From a bacterium (GTDB lineage Bacteria; UBA8248), in assembly GCA_965202625.1 (NCBI GenBank), contig CBDBBI010000010.1, forward strand, positions 832,001 through 896,000: a DNA stretch of 64,000 nucleotides, in the 5' to 3' direction. The position numbers and the translations under genes were made by a program. Below, one piece after another: positions 39,680-51,524 of the stretch. Numbering within the stretch: position 1 is the first letter of the stretch; each line of letters starts with the position of its first letter. Below the pieces are notes generated by a model. It saw nothing but the letters and a program-made list of their open reading frames with translations. It did not search any database and had not been told where the DNA came from.

Positions 39680-40004
39680 TCGGGTCCCCCTGATTGATGG
39701 AAAACGTCAAAAATTTCTGAAGAAAATAATACCGACAAGGCTCCCAAAACATAAGACGGAAGGCGCGCGCGCTCCTGCACAGCAGTGATAAAGCGCTTCA
39801 CCCACCTATGTGATGACTATCACGCGAAAGCGTGTTGGTGGCGGTGGAACACCCATCCTCATACGCCTTAGTTGCCCATTTCGCCCATATCCTGCAATAT
39901 AGATAGCCAGTTTGACCACTCCGCAGAAAAGGCCGGGCTGGAGAACGGAACAAAACAGATAGCGCCCCTCACATATGGTGAGGAGCTTTCACAGGTTGAT
40001 TGCG

Positions 40005-42791
40005 ATGGATTTAGACTACGCACGGGGTGTTTTTCCCTTCGTCGAGAAGCCTTCGCGTTATTTGGGAAACGAAGTCAACGCGATCCATAAAGACCTCGCC
40101 AAGGTCAGGAATCGCGTCGGCGCTCGCCTTTCCGGACACCTACGAAGTCGGCATGTCGCACAACGGCGTCCGCATACTCTATCATCTGCTAAACGAGGAT
40201 GAAGACGCCGCCGCCGAGCACGTTTTTCTCCCTTGGAATGATTTTGAAGCCATCATGAGAAGCAAAAACGCATTGCTCACCACCTTGGAGAGTAGAACGC
40301 CTGTTCGGAAGTTTCATATTCTAGGAATATCGCTTCTATACGAGCTGGCCGCCAGCAACGTCGTCTTGCTTCTCAATTTGGCCAAAATACCTAGACGCCC
40401 GCGCAAAGGCGCAGAGAAGACCCGCTCGTCATCGCAGGCGGCCCTGTGACGTTCAACGTAGAGCCAATGGCGCTTTTCTTCGACGCGGTGGCTCTGGGCG
40501 ACGGGGAGGAGCTTTTTCCCGAGGTCATCAAAATTCACGAAAAATGGCGAAAAACGAACCAGCCGAGAGAAACGCTGCCTGACATGCTCGAAGAGATTGA
40601 CGGTATCTACGTCCCGAATCGTTACGTGATCGAACACGAACCGAACGGGGAGGTGAAAAGGTTCCGCCACATCACCGGACACAAACAACCCGTTCTGGCG
40701 CGCATATTAGAGGATTTGAATCATTCGCCCCACCTCACGCGGACTATCATCCCCTACGCCCAAGTCGTGCACGATCGGGTGACGCTTGAGGTGCAGCGCG
40801 GATGCACAGGAGGATGCCGCTTTTGTCACGCGGGAATGGTATACCGATCCGTTCGATATCGAGACCCGCACCAGGTCCTGGAACTCTCCGAAGAATCGCT
40901 CAAGAAAACAGGCTATGAGGAAATCAGCCTCTCATCTCTTTGTATCGCCGACTATCAACCCCTAAAAGGGCTCGTTCCTCGCATGATGGAGCGCCTCGCC
41001 CCTATGCAGACTTCCATCTCCCTACCCTCACTTCGCGTGGGAGCAATGAGCCCAGACCTATTGTCCCAAATCGCGCGCGTGCGCCGCACAGGCTTCACCC
41101 TGGTGCCCGAGGCGGGCAGCGAACGCCTTCGGAACGTCATCAACAAAGTGCTGACGGAAGCGGACCTGAAACGAAACCTTCAGGATATCCTTGATAACGG
41201 CTGGCCAGGCGTGAAATTTTATTTCATGCTCGGTCTTCCCACAGAGAGTTTCGACGATTTAAGAGAGATGGCGGAAATGCTCGCCGCCTGCATGAAAATG
41301 CGCTCACGGGTGACGTGTGAGACGTTCCGCTTCATCAACGTAAGTCTCTCTACTTTCGTGCCGAAACCGCATACGCCATTCCAGTGGTTCCCGCAAAACA
41401 CACAAAAGGAAATCAACACAAAGCTCCAATACATCAAACGGGAAGTACGCGATCGGCGCATCAAGCTACGTTGGTCAAACCCTCAGCATAGATTTTTGGA
41501 GGCCGTCATCTCGAAAGGCGATCGCCGACAAGCGGACGTGATTGAGACGGCAGTTGACACCGGATGCAAATTTGACGGTTGGATGGAGTTTTTTGATCAC
41601 AAGAAGTGGATGGCCGCCTTCAAAACCCATGGACTCGACCCTGAGTGGTACGCCTATCGAGAGATACAGGAAGATGCGCCGCTGCCCTGGGACCATCTCG
41701 ACTCTGGGGTGACCAAGGAGTATCAACTTGCCGATTGGAAACGCGCCTTGCGTGAAGTCACCATCGGCGATTGTCGCTATGAGTCATGCGGCCAATGCGG
41801 CATTTTGGATAAATACAAGGGCATCAAATACCATTACGAGAAACCCATGCCGCCGGAAAATTCCCCCCTTCCCCTCATTGAGGAATCAACACGCGGGCGC
41901 GATGTGCCCCCTGCAGAACCAGTAGAGCTTACAATCGCCAAAATCCAGCAAGGCGTAAAACGATCTAAACAAAAACGGCACAAGGGTGTCGCCCGTGAAT
42001 CCGGCCCCGTTCCGGTGGGCTTCGAGGATTCACGCGATGACAATCCTGGCCTCGCTGAAGAACAACCGGACGCGCCCATTCGTAAATTCAGGTTCATCTA
42101 CGAGAAATCTGGCGATCTTCGTTTTTTAAGCCATTTGGAGATTTTAAGAACATTCATCCGCGCGATTCAGCGGACGGGCTATCGCATCGAACATTCCAAG
42201 TGCTTCAACCCTCACCCTAAAATCGTTTTCTCCCACGCGCTCCCCGTTGGCGTGGAGAGCCAAGCAGAGCTGGTGGATTTCTCACTTCTGGAGACAGACG
42301 GACGAATTCGGGTGGGCGATTTGTTCAAAAATCTAAAACGAGAACTCCCCAAAGGTCTGAAGCCACGCGCGGCATGGCACATTGAGGGGAATGTCCCCTC
42401 ATCGGCCAACGCATTGCGCGCGGCGACTTATGAAGTCTCCCTGTCAAGTGAAGATTTGGGGCCGCTAGGAGTGCGGGATGCGCAAATCAAAGCCACCGTT
42501 GCGGATTTGATGAATGAGAAAAGCATTATAATATCGCGCGAACGCCAAGGGAGAACAAGACATTTCGACGCGCGCCCGTCCATCGCCGGGTTTTCGATGA
42601 AATCATCCACCGCCGCCGTCGTTCGCCTGCGTGTCACGCTTCGCTATGTCGATGACGCGAAACCGAAAGTGACGGAAATACTCGCAAGGTGCTTCGGGTT
42701 GTCTCCGCAGGGATGCCTAAAAGCCCGAATCCGCAAAATCGCCGTTCACTGGAGAGCGGGAACTTTCCGAGCAATAGAAAATGCCGTCTGA
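40005..42791 (+). pseudogene. TIGR03960-like radical SAM / TIGR03936-like fusion with two N-terminal frameshifts
   Basis: KPSRYLGNEVN, then an extra G at about 40119, FPDTYEVGMSH...YEL in a second frame, then a missing base at about 40400 and DPLVIAGGP, RGCTGGCRFC, RFLSHLE. Confidence 0.8.
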
Positions 42792-44391
42792 AATCGTCGT
42801 CAACGCCGAACCATTTGAAACGCGCGTCGCTTTGCTCGAGAGCGGGGTAGCTGCTGAGCTCTACATCGAACGCGAAAGCGGAAGAAGCATCGTTGGTAAC
42901 ATCTACAAGGGAAGAGTGACGAAAGTGCTTCCGGGGATACAGGCGGCGTTCATAGACATTGGTCTAGAGAAAGCAGGCTTTCTCTACGTGAACGACGTGG
43001 ACACCATCGAGTCTATTGAAAATTACAGAGAACTTGCGGCTCGACAAGCGGACGATGAGGACGGCGACCTTGATTTTGAGGGAAGCGGCTTCGGCAACGG
43101 GGATGAGCACGACAACGGCGACGATGCGCAACACAACGGATCGCCCGCAAACGCAACCATAAGACGCCCGCGCCGCTGGGAAAAGGAGCGGCACATAGAA
43201 GATTTGCTGAAAGATGGACAAGACGTAATCGTTCAAGTCAGCAAGGAGCCATTGGGCACCAAAGGATCCAGACTAACGAGCTACATCACCCTGCCCGGTC
43301 GATATGTCGTCTACATGCCCACGATTAAGCAAATTGGCATCAGCAGGCGAATCGAAAACGAGGGAGAACGAAAAAGGCTCAAAAAGCTGGTCCGCAAGCA
43401 TCGTCAACCAGGAGCCGGATATATTGTGCGCACCGCAAGCGAAGCCATGCCCGCTCAGGAAATCGAAGCCAACGTAAATTTTCTGCACGCTCTTTGGGAA
43501 GATATTCTGAGCAGAAACGAATCGGCTTCCGCTCCATCAAGAATTCATTTGAACCTGGACATCATACAGCGCACCGTGAGGGATTTATTCAATTCCGCCG
43601 TCGACAGAATGGTCATCGACGATAAGGAACAATACCTGAAAACCAGGGAATTCTTGCAAAGCTACTACCCACACTTGGTACCCAAACTCCATCACTACGA
43701 CGACGATGAGCCGATATTCGGCCATTTCGGCGTCGAACTCGAACTTGAGCGCGCACTCGGTCAGCGCGTGTGGCTTCGCAATGGTGGCTATATCGTGATC
43801 GATCAGACAGAGGCACTCACCACCATTGACGTCAACACCGGACGCTTCGTCGGCAAGAAAAATCCCGAGGAAACCATCCTCCAAACCAACCTGGAGGCGG
43901 TGCGACAAATCGTGGCGCAGTTACGCCTTCGCAATCTGGGTGGAATTATTATCGTCGATTTCATCGACATGGAAAAAGAAACTAACAAGGAAAAAGTATT
44001 CAATACCTTCAAAGAAGAACTCAGAAAAGACCGCTCACGCACCAACATCTTGAAAATAAGCGACCTGGGGCTGGTCGAGATGACTCGAAAGCGCGTGCGG
44101 GACAGCGTCCAGAGGACGCTTTGCACCCCATGCCCCTATTGCGAAGGACGTGGACAGGTGAAATCCGCGATCTCGGTGAGCTATGAGGCCATGCGAGAAG
44201 TGCGACGGATGAAGAAAACGCACAAAGACGCGACAAAATTCCTCATCAACGTTCACCCCGAAGTCGTCGACGTCCTGCTGGATGAAGAGCGAAAGCATGT
44301 CGAGGAACTCGAACGTTTCCTGAACATACAGCTCATCATCAAAGGCGATGGTGAACTGCATCGAGAAGGGTTCGAGGTCGTTCGCCTATGA
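42781..44391 (+). CDS. rng: Rne/Rng family ribonuclease (RNase G-like)
   Basis: GNIYKGRV, AAFIDIG, IDVNTG, GGIIIVDFIDM, CPYCEGRG. Confidence 0.92.
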   Translation: MPSEIVVNAEPFETRVALLESGVAAELYIERESGRSIVGNIYKGRVTKVLPGIQAAFIDIGLEKAGFLYVNDVDTIESIENYRELAARQADDEDGDLDFEGSGFGNGDEHDNGDDAQHNGSPANATIRRPRRWEKERHIEDLLKDGQDVIVQVSKEPLGTKGSRLTSYITLPGRYVVYMPTIKQIGISRRIENEGERKRLKKLVRKHRQPGAGYIVRTASEAMPAQEIEANVNFLHALWEDILSRNESASAPSRIHLNLDIIQRTVRDLFNSAVDRMVIDDKEQYLKTREFLQSYYPHLVPKLHHYDDDEPIFGHFGVELELERALGQRVWLRNGGYIVIDQTEALTTIDVNTGRFVGKKNPEETILQTNLEAVRQIVAQLRLRNLGGIIIVDFIDMEKETNKEKVFNTFKEELRKDRSRTNILKISDLGLVEMTRKRVRDSVQRTLCTPCPYCEGRGQVKSAISVSYEAMREVRRMKKTHKDATKFLINVHPEVVDVLLDEERKHVEELERFLNIQLIIKGDGELHREGFEVVRL

Positions 44392-44434
44392 TGAGGCGCC
44401 ACGCCATTCGTCCTCTATCGTTCCGCCGGCAAAG

Positions 44435-45204
44435 ATGAGAGACATGCGGCGCAGCCTGCGCACTCTGGTGATCGCAACCCTGGCGTCGGGGTACGTCAAT
44501 TCCCTTACACCTGCTCAAAAGTCCGCTCCGTCCAAGCCGCCTCAAAGCGCTCCCAACGTCAAGTCGCTCAAAGAAGAATTGTCGTCTGCAAAGGCGCAGA
44601 GCGAGAGTCTCAAGGCCCAGGTTTCTGAATTCGTCGAAAAGGTCAAGACGCTTTCTCCAGCTGTTCGTAATCTCCAAGAGAAAAACAGAAGATTGGAAGC
44701 CACCATCAAACGATTCGAGAGAGAGCCTCCCCGCTACGTCATCCCCGCAAAGAACGAGGGGGCAAAGCACCTGTCCAGAACCCGAAGGATGGCGCCGAGA
44801 AAAAGTGGACCGTCGCCCACCACCCCCCAGGAACTCTACAATAAGTCGTATCGTGCTGTCAGAGACGGGCGAAGCGAGGAGGTCATTCCGAGTTTCGCCG
44901 CTTCCTGCGACTGTTTCCCAAAAGCCAGCTGGCGTCCAACTCCCAGTATTCGCTGGGGGAGGCTTACTACTATCTGCGAGAACACCTCGCCGCGCTGGAT
45001 GAGTTCGACCATCTCACCCGCAACTACCCTAAAAACCGAAAAACGCCGGGCACGCATTATAAACGCGGGCTGCGCTATCTTCGTCGAAAGCGTCCCCACA
45101 AAGCTGCGCTCGAATCTGAGAAACTCCTCAAAAAATTCCCCCGTCATCCACTATCCCCAAAAACGAGGCCGCAACTTCAAAACCTCAAGCATCAGCAAAA
45201 ATAA
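44435..45204 (+). pseudogene. CpoB/YbgF-like coiled-coil plus TPR protein, frameshifted and decayed
   Basis: Signal-like N-terminus, coiled coil, PQELYNKSY, then a frame change at about 44890 to EFRRFLRLFPKSQLASNSQYSLGEAYY...NYPK...KKFP, stop at 45204. Confidence 0.75.
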
Positions 45205-45325
45205 TATAGCGTTGTGAAAATACGCGTCCCTACCTCCCTCGCGCCTCAATTTTTCGCGCATCTTGACATGCGATACGGACTCCGTGCTATGGATTCAAAA
45301 GCGCGATGAAGATTGGAGACCCTGA

Positions 45326-46507
45326 ATGAACGCTTCGAACCACAATGTATGCTCTCAGAGCACAGGCACTTTGAGCGCATCCGACGCCTGGCTCGTTTTA
45401 CAGACGCTTCCAGGCATGACTCCGGAGCGCATGCATCGATTAACAGAGGCGTTCCAGTGCCCGACGGAAGCCTTCGAGGCGCCGCTGGACGTATTTGCGC
45501 GCCTTTGCGGCCGGAGGGCGCGCGAGGTTATCGAAAAGGATTCTCCATACGACTTGGCGATCAAAGGCCGGCAGGAAGCATCCAGATTGGGCGTGGGGGC
45601 AATCACGCGCGATTCCGCCCAATATCCCGAGACACTGCGCAATATTTACTATCCACCGGGCGCGTTTTTCATCGAAGGCGAAATCCTGGACTCGGATTGC
45701 CTCGCCGTCGCTATCGTCGGCATGCGGCGTCCAACGGACTACGGAAGGCGAATGGCACAGGAGCTCGCCGCTGCACTCGCCAGAAAGGGCGTCACCATCG
45801 TAAGCGGTATGGCACACGGCATTGACGCGGAAGCCCACCGGGCCGCACTCGACGCAGGAGGCAGAACCATCGCCGTCATGGGATGCGGCCTAGCGCGAAA
45901 TTATCCTGCGGATCATAAAGAGCTCAGGCAGAAGATCGCTGCCGATGGTGCTGTGCTCTCCGAATTTCACCTTCATGCTCATCCGCGAAAAGAGAACTTC
46001 CCCAGGAGAAACCGACTGATTAGCGGCCTGTCTCTCGCTACGATCGTCGTCGAAGCCGCGCAACGAAGCGGAGCGCTCATGACCGCCCGGCTCGCGTTGG
46101 AGCAAGGGCGCGAGGTGATGGCCGTCCCGGGGTCCGTGCATACCCAGAGAAGCGCCGGCTGTCATCATCTTCTCAAACAGGGGGCGCATCTGGTGGAAAA
46201 CGCGGAGGACATCGTCAACGCCCTTCCAGAATACGCCCGAAACATGTTAGATGATCCAGCACGGATTCAGATCAAGGGATTGCGCCCTGACGAAAACGCG
46301 GATGAAACCAGGGCGTCGCATCCCCATCTCACAGACGATGAAAACGCGCTTTTACGCTTGTTGGAAAATGGAGACAATACCGTAGAGGAGCTTATCCAAA
46401 AGCGAGGCTTGCCAGCACAGGAAATTTCATCCGCCTTGTTGCGCCTTGAGATAGAAGGCTTGGTCAGACAAACACGTTCAGGTGCCTACGAACGGTTTTC
46501 TTCCTAG
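45326..46507 (+). CDS. dprA: DNA-processing protein DprA
   Basis: VAIVG, VSGMAHGID, NFPRRNR, VEAAQRSG. Confidence 0.95.
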   Translation: MNASNHNVCSQSTGTLSASDAWLVLQTLPGMTPERMHRLTEAFQCPTEAFEAPLDVFARLCGRRAREVIEKDSPYDLAIKGRQEASRLGVGAITRDSAQYPETLRNIYYPPGAFFIEGEILDSDCLAVAIVGMRRPTDYGRRMAQELAAALARKGVTIVSGMAHGIDAEAHRAALDAGGRTIAVMGCGLARNYPADHKELRQKIAADGAVLSEFHLHAHPRKENFPRRNRLISGLSLATIVVEAAQRSGALMTARLALEQGREVMAVPGSVHTQRSAGCHHLLKQGAHLVENAEDIVNALPEYARNMLDDPARIQIKGLRPDENADETRASHPHLTDDENALLRLLENGDNTVEELIQKRGLPAQEISSALLRLEIEGLVRQTRSGAYERFSS

Positions 46508-46669
46508 AGTGATGGCCTCTAGGCGAGGAGAAAGGTTGAATTTGCGCGGCCAAACGCATAACCCAAGCAACCCCAAAAAGACCAACGATAGCCGCCCTCC
46601 GAGTAAATCTCTGCGCGCGGAACGCTTTTCGTATTTCGGAAAGAGCGGCGAGATTTCGACTGAAAATCA

Positions 46670-49282
46670 GTGTCGCAAACCATGGAGGACCCAGTGGGCG
46701 AGAGCAAATCAATGATCAAAAAAAAAGCGATGAAGAAAACCTCCCAAAAACGCTCTTTGGGCGAGAGAAAAAAAACGCTCCCCAAGAAACGCGTCTCTCA
46801 CAGCGCGCAAAACCAAAAATCCGCCTCCAAGCTCCTCATCGTGGAGTCACCGACGAAGGTCCGCACCATCAAGAAATTTCTGGGGCCTGAGTTCGACATT
46901 CTCCCGTCCAAAGGGCATGTGCGCGATTTGCAAAAAACAGGTGAACTCCGCATGGGAATAGATGTTCACAATAACTTCGAAGCGGATTATGACATCATCC
47001 CAGGAAAGGCAAAAACGGTAGAGCAACTGCGGAAAGCCGCAACTGAGGCGAAGGAGATCTATTTGGCCCCGGACCCAGACCGCGAGGGAGAAGCTATTGC
47101 CTGGCACATTCAGCAACTCCTCAGCGGTGCGGACCCCAAAAGCGAATTTTATCGGGTGAGATTCAACGAGATCACACGAAGGGCGGTTCATGAGGCACTC
47201 GCCAAACCAGGGCGAATCGACCAGAAAAAAGTCGAAGCGCAAGAAACACGCAGAAAGCTGGATCGAATCGTGGGCTTCAAACTCTCCGGTGAGATTCTCT
47301 GGAGCAAGGTCGCGTTTGGTCTCAGCGCAGGTCGGGTTCAGTCCGTCGCCCTGAAGCTGATATGCGAGCGAGAAGATGCGATAGAGGCTTTTGAACCGAA
47401 AGAATACTGGAGTGTCACGGCGCACCTGGAAAAAGCGGGCCTCAAACCTGAGTTTGAAGCGAAATTGCATCGAATCAACGGAGAAGAGGCAGAAATTCCA
47501 AACGAAGCGAGAGCGAGCGACTTGGCGGAGAAAATAGCCGCCGGCATCTTGAGGGTGTCCAAGGTGGAGAAAAAAGAGCGGCGACGCAGGGCGCCCGCTC
47601 CTTTTATCACCAGCTCCCTCCAGCAAGAGAGTTCAAACAAATTGCGTTATGGCGCAAAAAAAACCATGCGCATCGCACAATTTTTGTACGAGGGGGCGCC
47701 TTTAGGCCGCGACGTGGGAAATGTCGGCCTCATCACCTACATGAGAACTGACTCCGTAAGGCTCGCACCCGAGGCGGTCGCCGAGGCGCGCTCGTATATC
47801 GAGACGATATACGGAAAGAACCATCTCCCCCAAAAACCCGCTGTATTTAAGACGAGAGGGATGACCCAGGACGCGCACGAGGCTATTCGTCCAACCGACA
47901 TTCGCCTTACGCCCGAGAAGTTGAGACGCTTTCTCAAACCAGAAGCACTATCCCTCTATTCCCTCATCTGGCGGCGATTCCTCGCAAGCCAAATGACGCC
48001 GGCCATCTACGATCAGACCAGCGTGGACATTTCCCTCGACCATCAGAGAGAGGACGATTCAGGCGCGGAAGAACTCCTTCTGAGGTCGAGCGGCTCCATC
48101 CTGAAATTCGCAGGCTTCCTCAAGGTCTATGAAGACGACGCCGAATTCAGTGGCGACGCGGACGCTCTAAAATCGAAGCCTTCAAACGCCGGGCGCGACA
48201 GACCCTTGCCTCCCCTTGCGGGGAACGACCTTGTATCGCTCGTGAAGTCAGAATCCGTGCCCACCGGCGTCAAGCCCGAGCAACATTTCACCCAACCTCC
48301 CCCCCGCTATACGGAAGCCTCCTTGGTGAAAGAATTGGAGGAAGACGGGATTGGTCGGCCCAGCACATACGCGAGCATCTTGGACACGCTAGAAAAACGA
48401 AAATACGTCGAGATAGAGAGAAAACGGAGACAGTTCACGCCCTCCCCACTTGGACGGGAAGTGAATCGACTTCTTATCCAGGGCTTTCCCGAACACATCG
48501 ACGTGGGCTTCACGGCGAAAATGGAAGGCGACCTGGACGACATTGAAAGCGGAACGAAACCATGGCTGCCCATCATAAAAAATTTTTACGATGATTTTGA
48601 CCAGAAGGTCCAGATAGAGAAGGAAAAGTTGCCAAACCTTAAGATAAAAACGGAGCCAACCGGCAGGAATTGCCCCGAATGCGCGCGCGAGCTGGTGAAG
48701 AAATTCAGCAGAAACGGCTGGTTCATATCATGCTCAGGATACCCGGATTGCCGTTATTCGGAGGACATCCACACCCGAAACGGGGCTAATTCCGAAGCAG
48801 AAGAAGAAATGGCGCGCATTGAGGAAGTCGCCCCACCCTGCGAGGAATGCGGCGCGCCCATGCGGGCAAAACGCGGGCCTTTCGGCGTCTATTTGACTTG
48901 TACGGCGTTGCCGAATGAGCACAAAAAAAGAAAAGTATCCGGCAATGGACAAGAGACCATCGCCCCGAAGTTAACCGGCGTGAATTGTCCCCGCCATGGT
49001 TGCGATGGAGAATTGGTGGAGCGACGCTCCCGTCGCACCGGAAAACCTTTCTATGGATGCAATCGTTTCCCGGCCTGCAAGTCCGTCACATGGGATTGGC
49101 CGGTCGCTCAGCCATGCCCTTCTTGCGGGCATCCCATCCTGACGATAAAAACAACCAGGAAAAACGAGAAACACCTCGTTTGCTCTCTCAAAGATTGCGA
49201 CTACGCCATTCCATGTCCCCTTGATCTCATTGAACAGATAGAAACATCAAGGGCCCGTTTGGCTCAGGAGATCTCGGCTTGA
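46670..49282 (+). CDS. topA: DNA topoisomerase I with C-terminal Zn ribbons (start may be GTG 46694)
   Basis: IVESPTK, DPDREGE, SAGRVQS, ITYMRTD, GIGRPST, C4 ribbons. Confidence 0.96.
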   Translation: MSQTMEDPVGESKSMIKKKAMKKTSQKRSLGERKKTLPKKRVSHSAQNQKSASKLLIVESPTKVRTIKKFLGPEFDILPSKGHVRDLQKTGELRMGIDVHNNFEADYDIIPGKAKTVEQLRKAATEAKEIYLAPDPDREGEAIAWHIQQLLSGADPKSEFYRVRFNEITRRAVHEALAKPGRIDQKKVEAQETRRKLDRIVGFKLSGEILWSKVAFGLSAGRVQSVALKLICEREDAIEAFEPKEYWSVTAHLEKAGLKPEFEAKLHRINGEEAEIPNEARASDLAEKIAAGILRVSKVEKKERRRRAPAPFITSSLQQESSNKLRYGAKKTMRIAQFLYEGAPLGRDVGNVGLITYMRTDSVRLAPEAVAEARSYIETIYGKNHLPQKPAVFKTRGMTQDAHEAIRPTDIRLTPEKLRRFLKPEALSLYSLIWRRFLASQMTPAIYDQTSVDISLDHQREDDSGAEELLLRSSGSILKFAGFLKVYEDDAEFSGDADALKSKPSNAGRDRPLPPLAGNDLVSLVKSESVPTGVKPEQHFTQPPPRYTEASLVKELEEDGIGRPSTYASILDTLEKRKYVEIERKRRQFTPSPLGREVNRLLIQGFPEHIDVGFTAKMEGDLDDIESGTKPWLPIIKNFYDDFDQKVQIEKEKLPNLKIKTEPTGRNCPECARELVKKFSRNGWFISCSGYPDCRYSEDIHTRNGANSEAEEEMARIEEVAPPCEECGAPMRAKRGPFGVYLTCTALPNEHKKRKVSGNGQETIAPKLTGVNCPRHGCDGELVERRSRRTGKPFYGCNRFPACKSVTWDWPVAQPCPSCGHPILTIKTTRKNEKHLVCSLKDCDYAIPCPLDLIEQIETSRARLAQEISA

Positions 49283-50604
49283 GCGAAAGATTGCAGATAA
49301 TCGGCGGAGGTCTCGCCGGCTGTGAAGCCGCTTGGCAGGCGGCTAAACGAGACATCCAGGTCGACCTGTACGAGATGCGTCCCCACGTTAAGACGCCGGC
49401 ACATGAAACCACTGACCTAGCGGAGCTTGTTTGCTCGAACTCCTTTCGCTCGAATTCTCTCGAAAACGCCTCGGGCCTGCTCAAAGAAGAAATGCGCAAG
49501 CTCGACTCACTCATCTTGCGAAGCGCCGATTCTTTTCGGGTTCCAGCAGGCATGGCGCTGGCCGTCGACCGCTCCTCCTTCAGCAAAGTGGTCACGCAAA
49601 CGATCGAAAACGACCCGCGAATCACGCTTCACAGAGAAGAAATCACGAACTTGGAGGGGGATGCGCCCACCATCATCGCCACGGGTCCGTTGACGAGCGA
49701 TTCTCTCTCTGCCGAAATCGCCCGCATGACGCAAGGGAAGTATCTGTATTTCTATGACGCCATTTCGCCCATTCTGCACGCGGACAGCATCGACATGTCG
49801 GTGGCGTTCATAGGATCGCGCTACGGAAAAGGTGAAGAAGAGGGTGGAAAGGGCGACTACCTCAATTTGGGCCTGAGCGAAACCCAATACTATCAGTTCG
49901 TGGAGAATCTAATCGCTGGCGAGAAGATACCCCTTCGTGAATTTGAACGCGCGGTCTATTTCGAAGGTTGCCTTCCCCTCGAAGAGATAGCCGCGCGCGG
50001 AAAAGACACCCTCGCCTTTGGACCGATGAAACCCGTAGGACTGGAGCATCCCGAGACCGGAGAGACATACAGCGCGGTCGCCCAGCTCAGACGCGAGGAC
50101 CTGACGGGAGATTACTTCTCGATGGTGGGTTTTCAGACAAGGCTGCGCTATCCGGAGCAAAAGCGTATCTTCTCGACGCTTCCCGCTTTGCGAAACGCAC
50201 GCTTTTTACGCTACGGAAGTTTGCACCGAAATACTTACATCAACGCGCCGCGTCTATTGCGGATAACCCTACAACTCAAGCGCCATCCGAACATTTTCAT
50301 GGCGGGGCAACTCACCGGCGTCGAGGGATACCTTGAGTCGGCCGCAATCGGCCTTCTCGCAGGAATCAACGCGGCTGTCACTATCCACGAAAAACCCTTA
50401 CTCCCTCCGCCACCGACAACGGCGATCGGCGCCTTGAATCACTACGTCATTGAAGCGAATCCGAAAAATTTCCAGCCCATGAACATCAACTTCGGCCTCT
50501 TTCCGCCTCTGGAAAAACGCATTCCAAAAAAATATCGAAAAAAGAGCGTCATCAATCGTGCCATCAAGGATATGGAGCAATGGCGAAGCAAAATCGCCCC
50601 ATAA
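49279..50604 (+). CDS. trmFO: Folate/FAD-dependent tRNA U54 methyltransferase TrmFO
   Basis: GGGLAGCEAA, AELVCSNS, FYDAISP, GQLTGVEGY. Confidence 0.96.
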   Translation: MSERLQIIGGGLAGCEAAWQAAKRDIQVDLYEMRPHVKTPAHETTDLAELVCSNSFRSNSLENASGLLKEEMRKLDSLILRSADSFRVPAGMALAVDRSSFSKVVTQTIENDPRITLHREEITNLEGDAPTIIATGPLTSDSLSAEIARMTQGKYLYFYDAISPILHADSIDMSVAFIGSRYGKGEEEGGKGDYLNLGLSETQYYQFVENLIAGEKIPLREFERAVYFEGCLPLEEIAARGKDTLAFGPMKPVGLEHPETGETYSAVAQLRREDLTGDYFSMVGFQTRLRYPEQKRIFSTLPALRNARFLRYGSLHRNTYINAPRLLRITLQLKRHPNIFMAGQLTGVEGYLESAAIGLLAGINAAVTIHEKPLLPPPPTTAIGALNHYVIEANPKNFQPMNINFGLFPPLEKRIPKKYRKKSVINRAIKDMEQWRSKIAP

Positions 50605-51524
50605 ACCGTCTGAGCGAGGCTCGGGAATCGTTTGAGGCACATCTGCGCGATGAGCGCGACAGTTCGCAGCACACGATTCGCGCGTACGCCACAGATTTAA
50701 GAAGCTTTGAGGAATTTCTCACCGATTGGGCGCATAAGCCGGCGCGATTAGATGAAATTGATTCTCTATCTGTTCGCGGGTATCTCGGCTTTCTCTACAA
50801 AAAGGGCGCCTCGACAACGACCGTGAACCGGCACTTATCGAGTATACGAAGCCTGTTTCGCTTCTTAAGGCAAGAGGGCTTCTCCGTGGCCGATCCAGCA
50901 GGCGAAATCCTCTCACTCAAGGGGAAAAAAACCTTGCCTACCTTCTTGCCCGTCGATGACGCCGTTCGCCTAATGGAGATGCCCGACACCTCGACTCCGG
51001 AAGGCGTCAGGGACAAGGCGATGTTCGAGCTGCTTTACGGTTCGGGCTTGAGGGTCAGTGAATTGACGGGGCTGAACCATGCGGATTTAAACACGGGTGA
51101 AAAGCTCATCCGCGTTCGGGGGAAGGGAAGAAAAGAGAGAATCGTTCCTATCACAAAAGAGGCTGCAAAAGCCGTCATCCACTATCAGGAACAAATGAAA
51201 GCGGATGTTCTGGAGGATTCGCCTCTCTTCGTTAACCAGAGGAAGCGAAGAATCTCCCCTGCCTTCGTGCGCACTATCTTCCTTAGATATGAAAAAAGGG
51301 GCGGTTTCAGCTATCATTTCACCCCTCATGCGCTTCGTCATACGGCGGCAACGCATTTACTGGAAAGCAAAGAAGCCGATCTGCGGTCGATTCAAGAACT
51401 ACTGGGGCACGCGAGCCTATCCACGACGCAAAGATACACACAGGTAGATTTCTCTCATCTGCGCGCCGTGTATGATGACGCCCATCCCAGGGCGAAGATG
51501 AAAACAAGCAAGGATGATCAATGA
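50580..51524 (+). CDS. xerC: Tyrosine recombinase XerC
   Basis: [36 protein letters not shown]; trmFO-xerC-hslV context. Confidence 0.9.
   Translation: MAKQNRPINRLSEARESFEAHLRDERDSSQHTIRAYATDLRSFEEFLTDWAHKPARLDEIDSLSVRGYLGFLYKKGASTTTVNRHLSSIRSLFRFLRQEGFSVADPAGEILSLKGKKTLPTFLPVDDAVRLMEMPDTSTPEGVRDKAMFELLYGSGLRVSELTGLNHADLNTGEKLIRVRGKGRKERIVPITKEAAKAVIHYQEQMKADVLEDSPLFVNQRKRRISPAFVRTIFLRYEKRGGFSYHFTPHALRHTAATHLLESKEADLRSIQELLGHASLSTTQRYTQVDFSHLRAVYDDAHPRAKMKTSKDDQ

Noticed and set aside
50580-51524. Tyrosine recombinase as a mobile-element integrase
   Set aside because: It sits in the housekeeping topA-trmFO-xerC-hslVU context.
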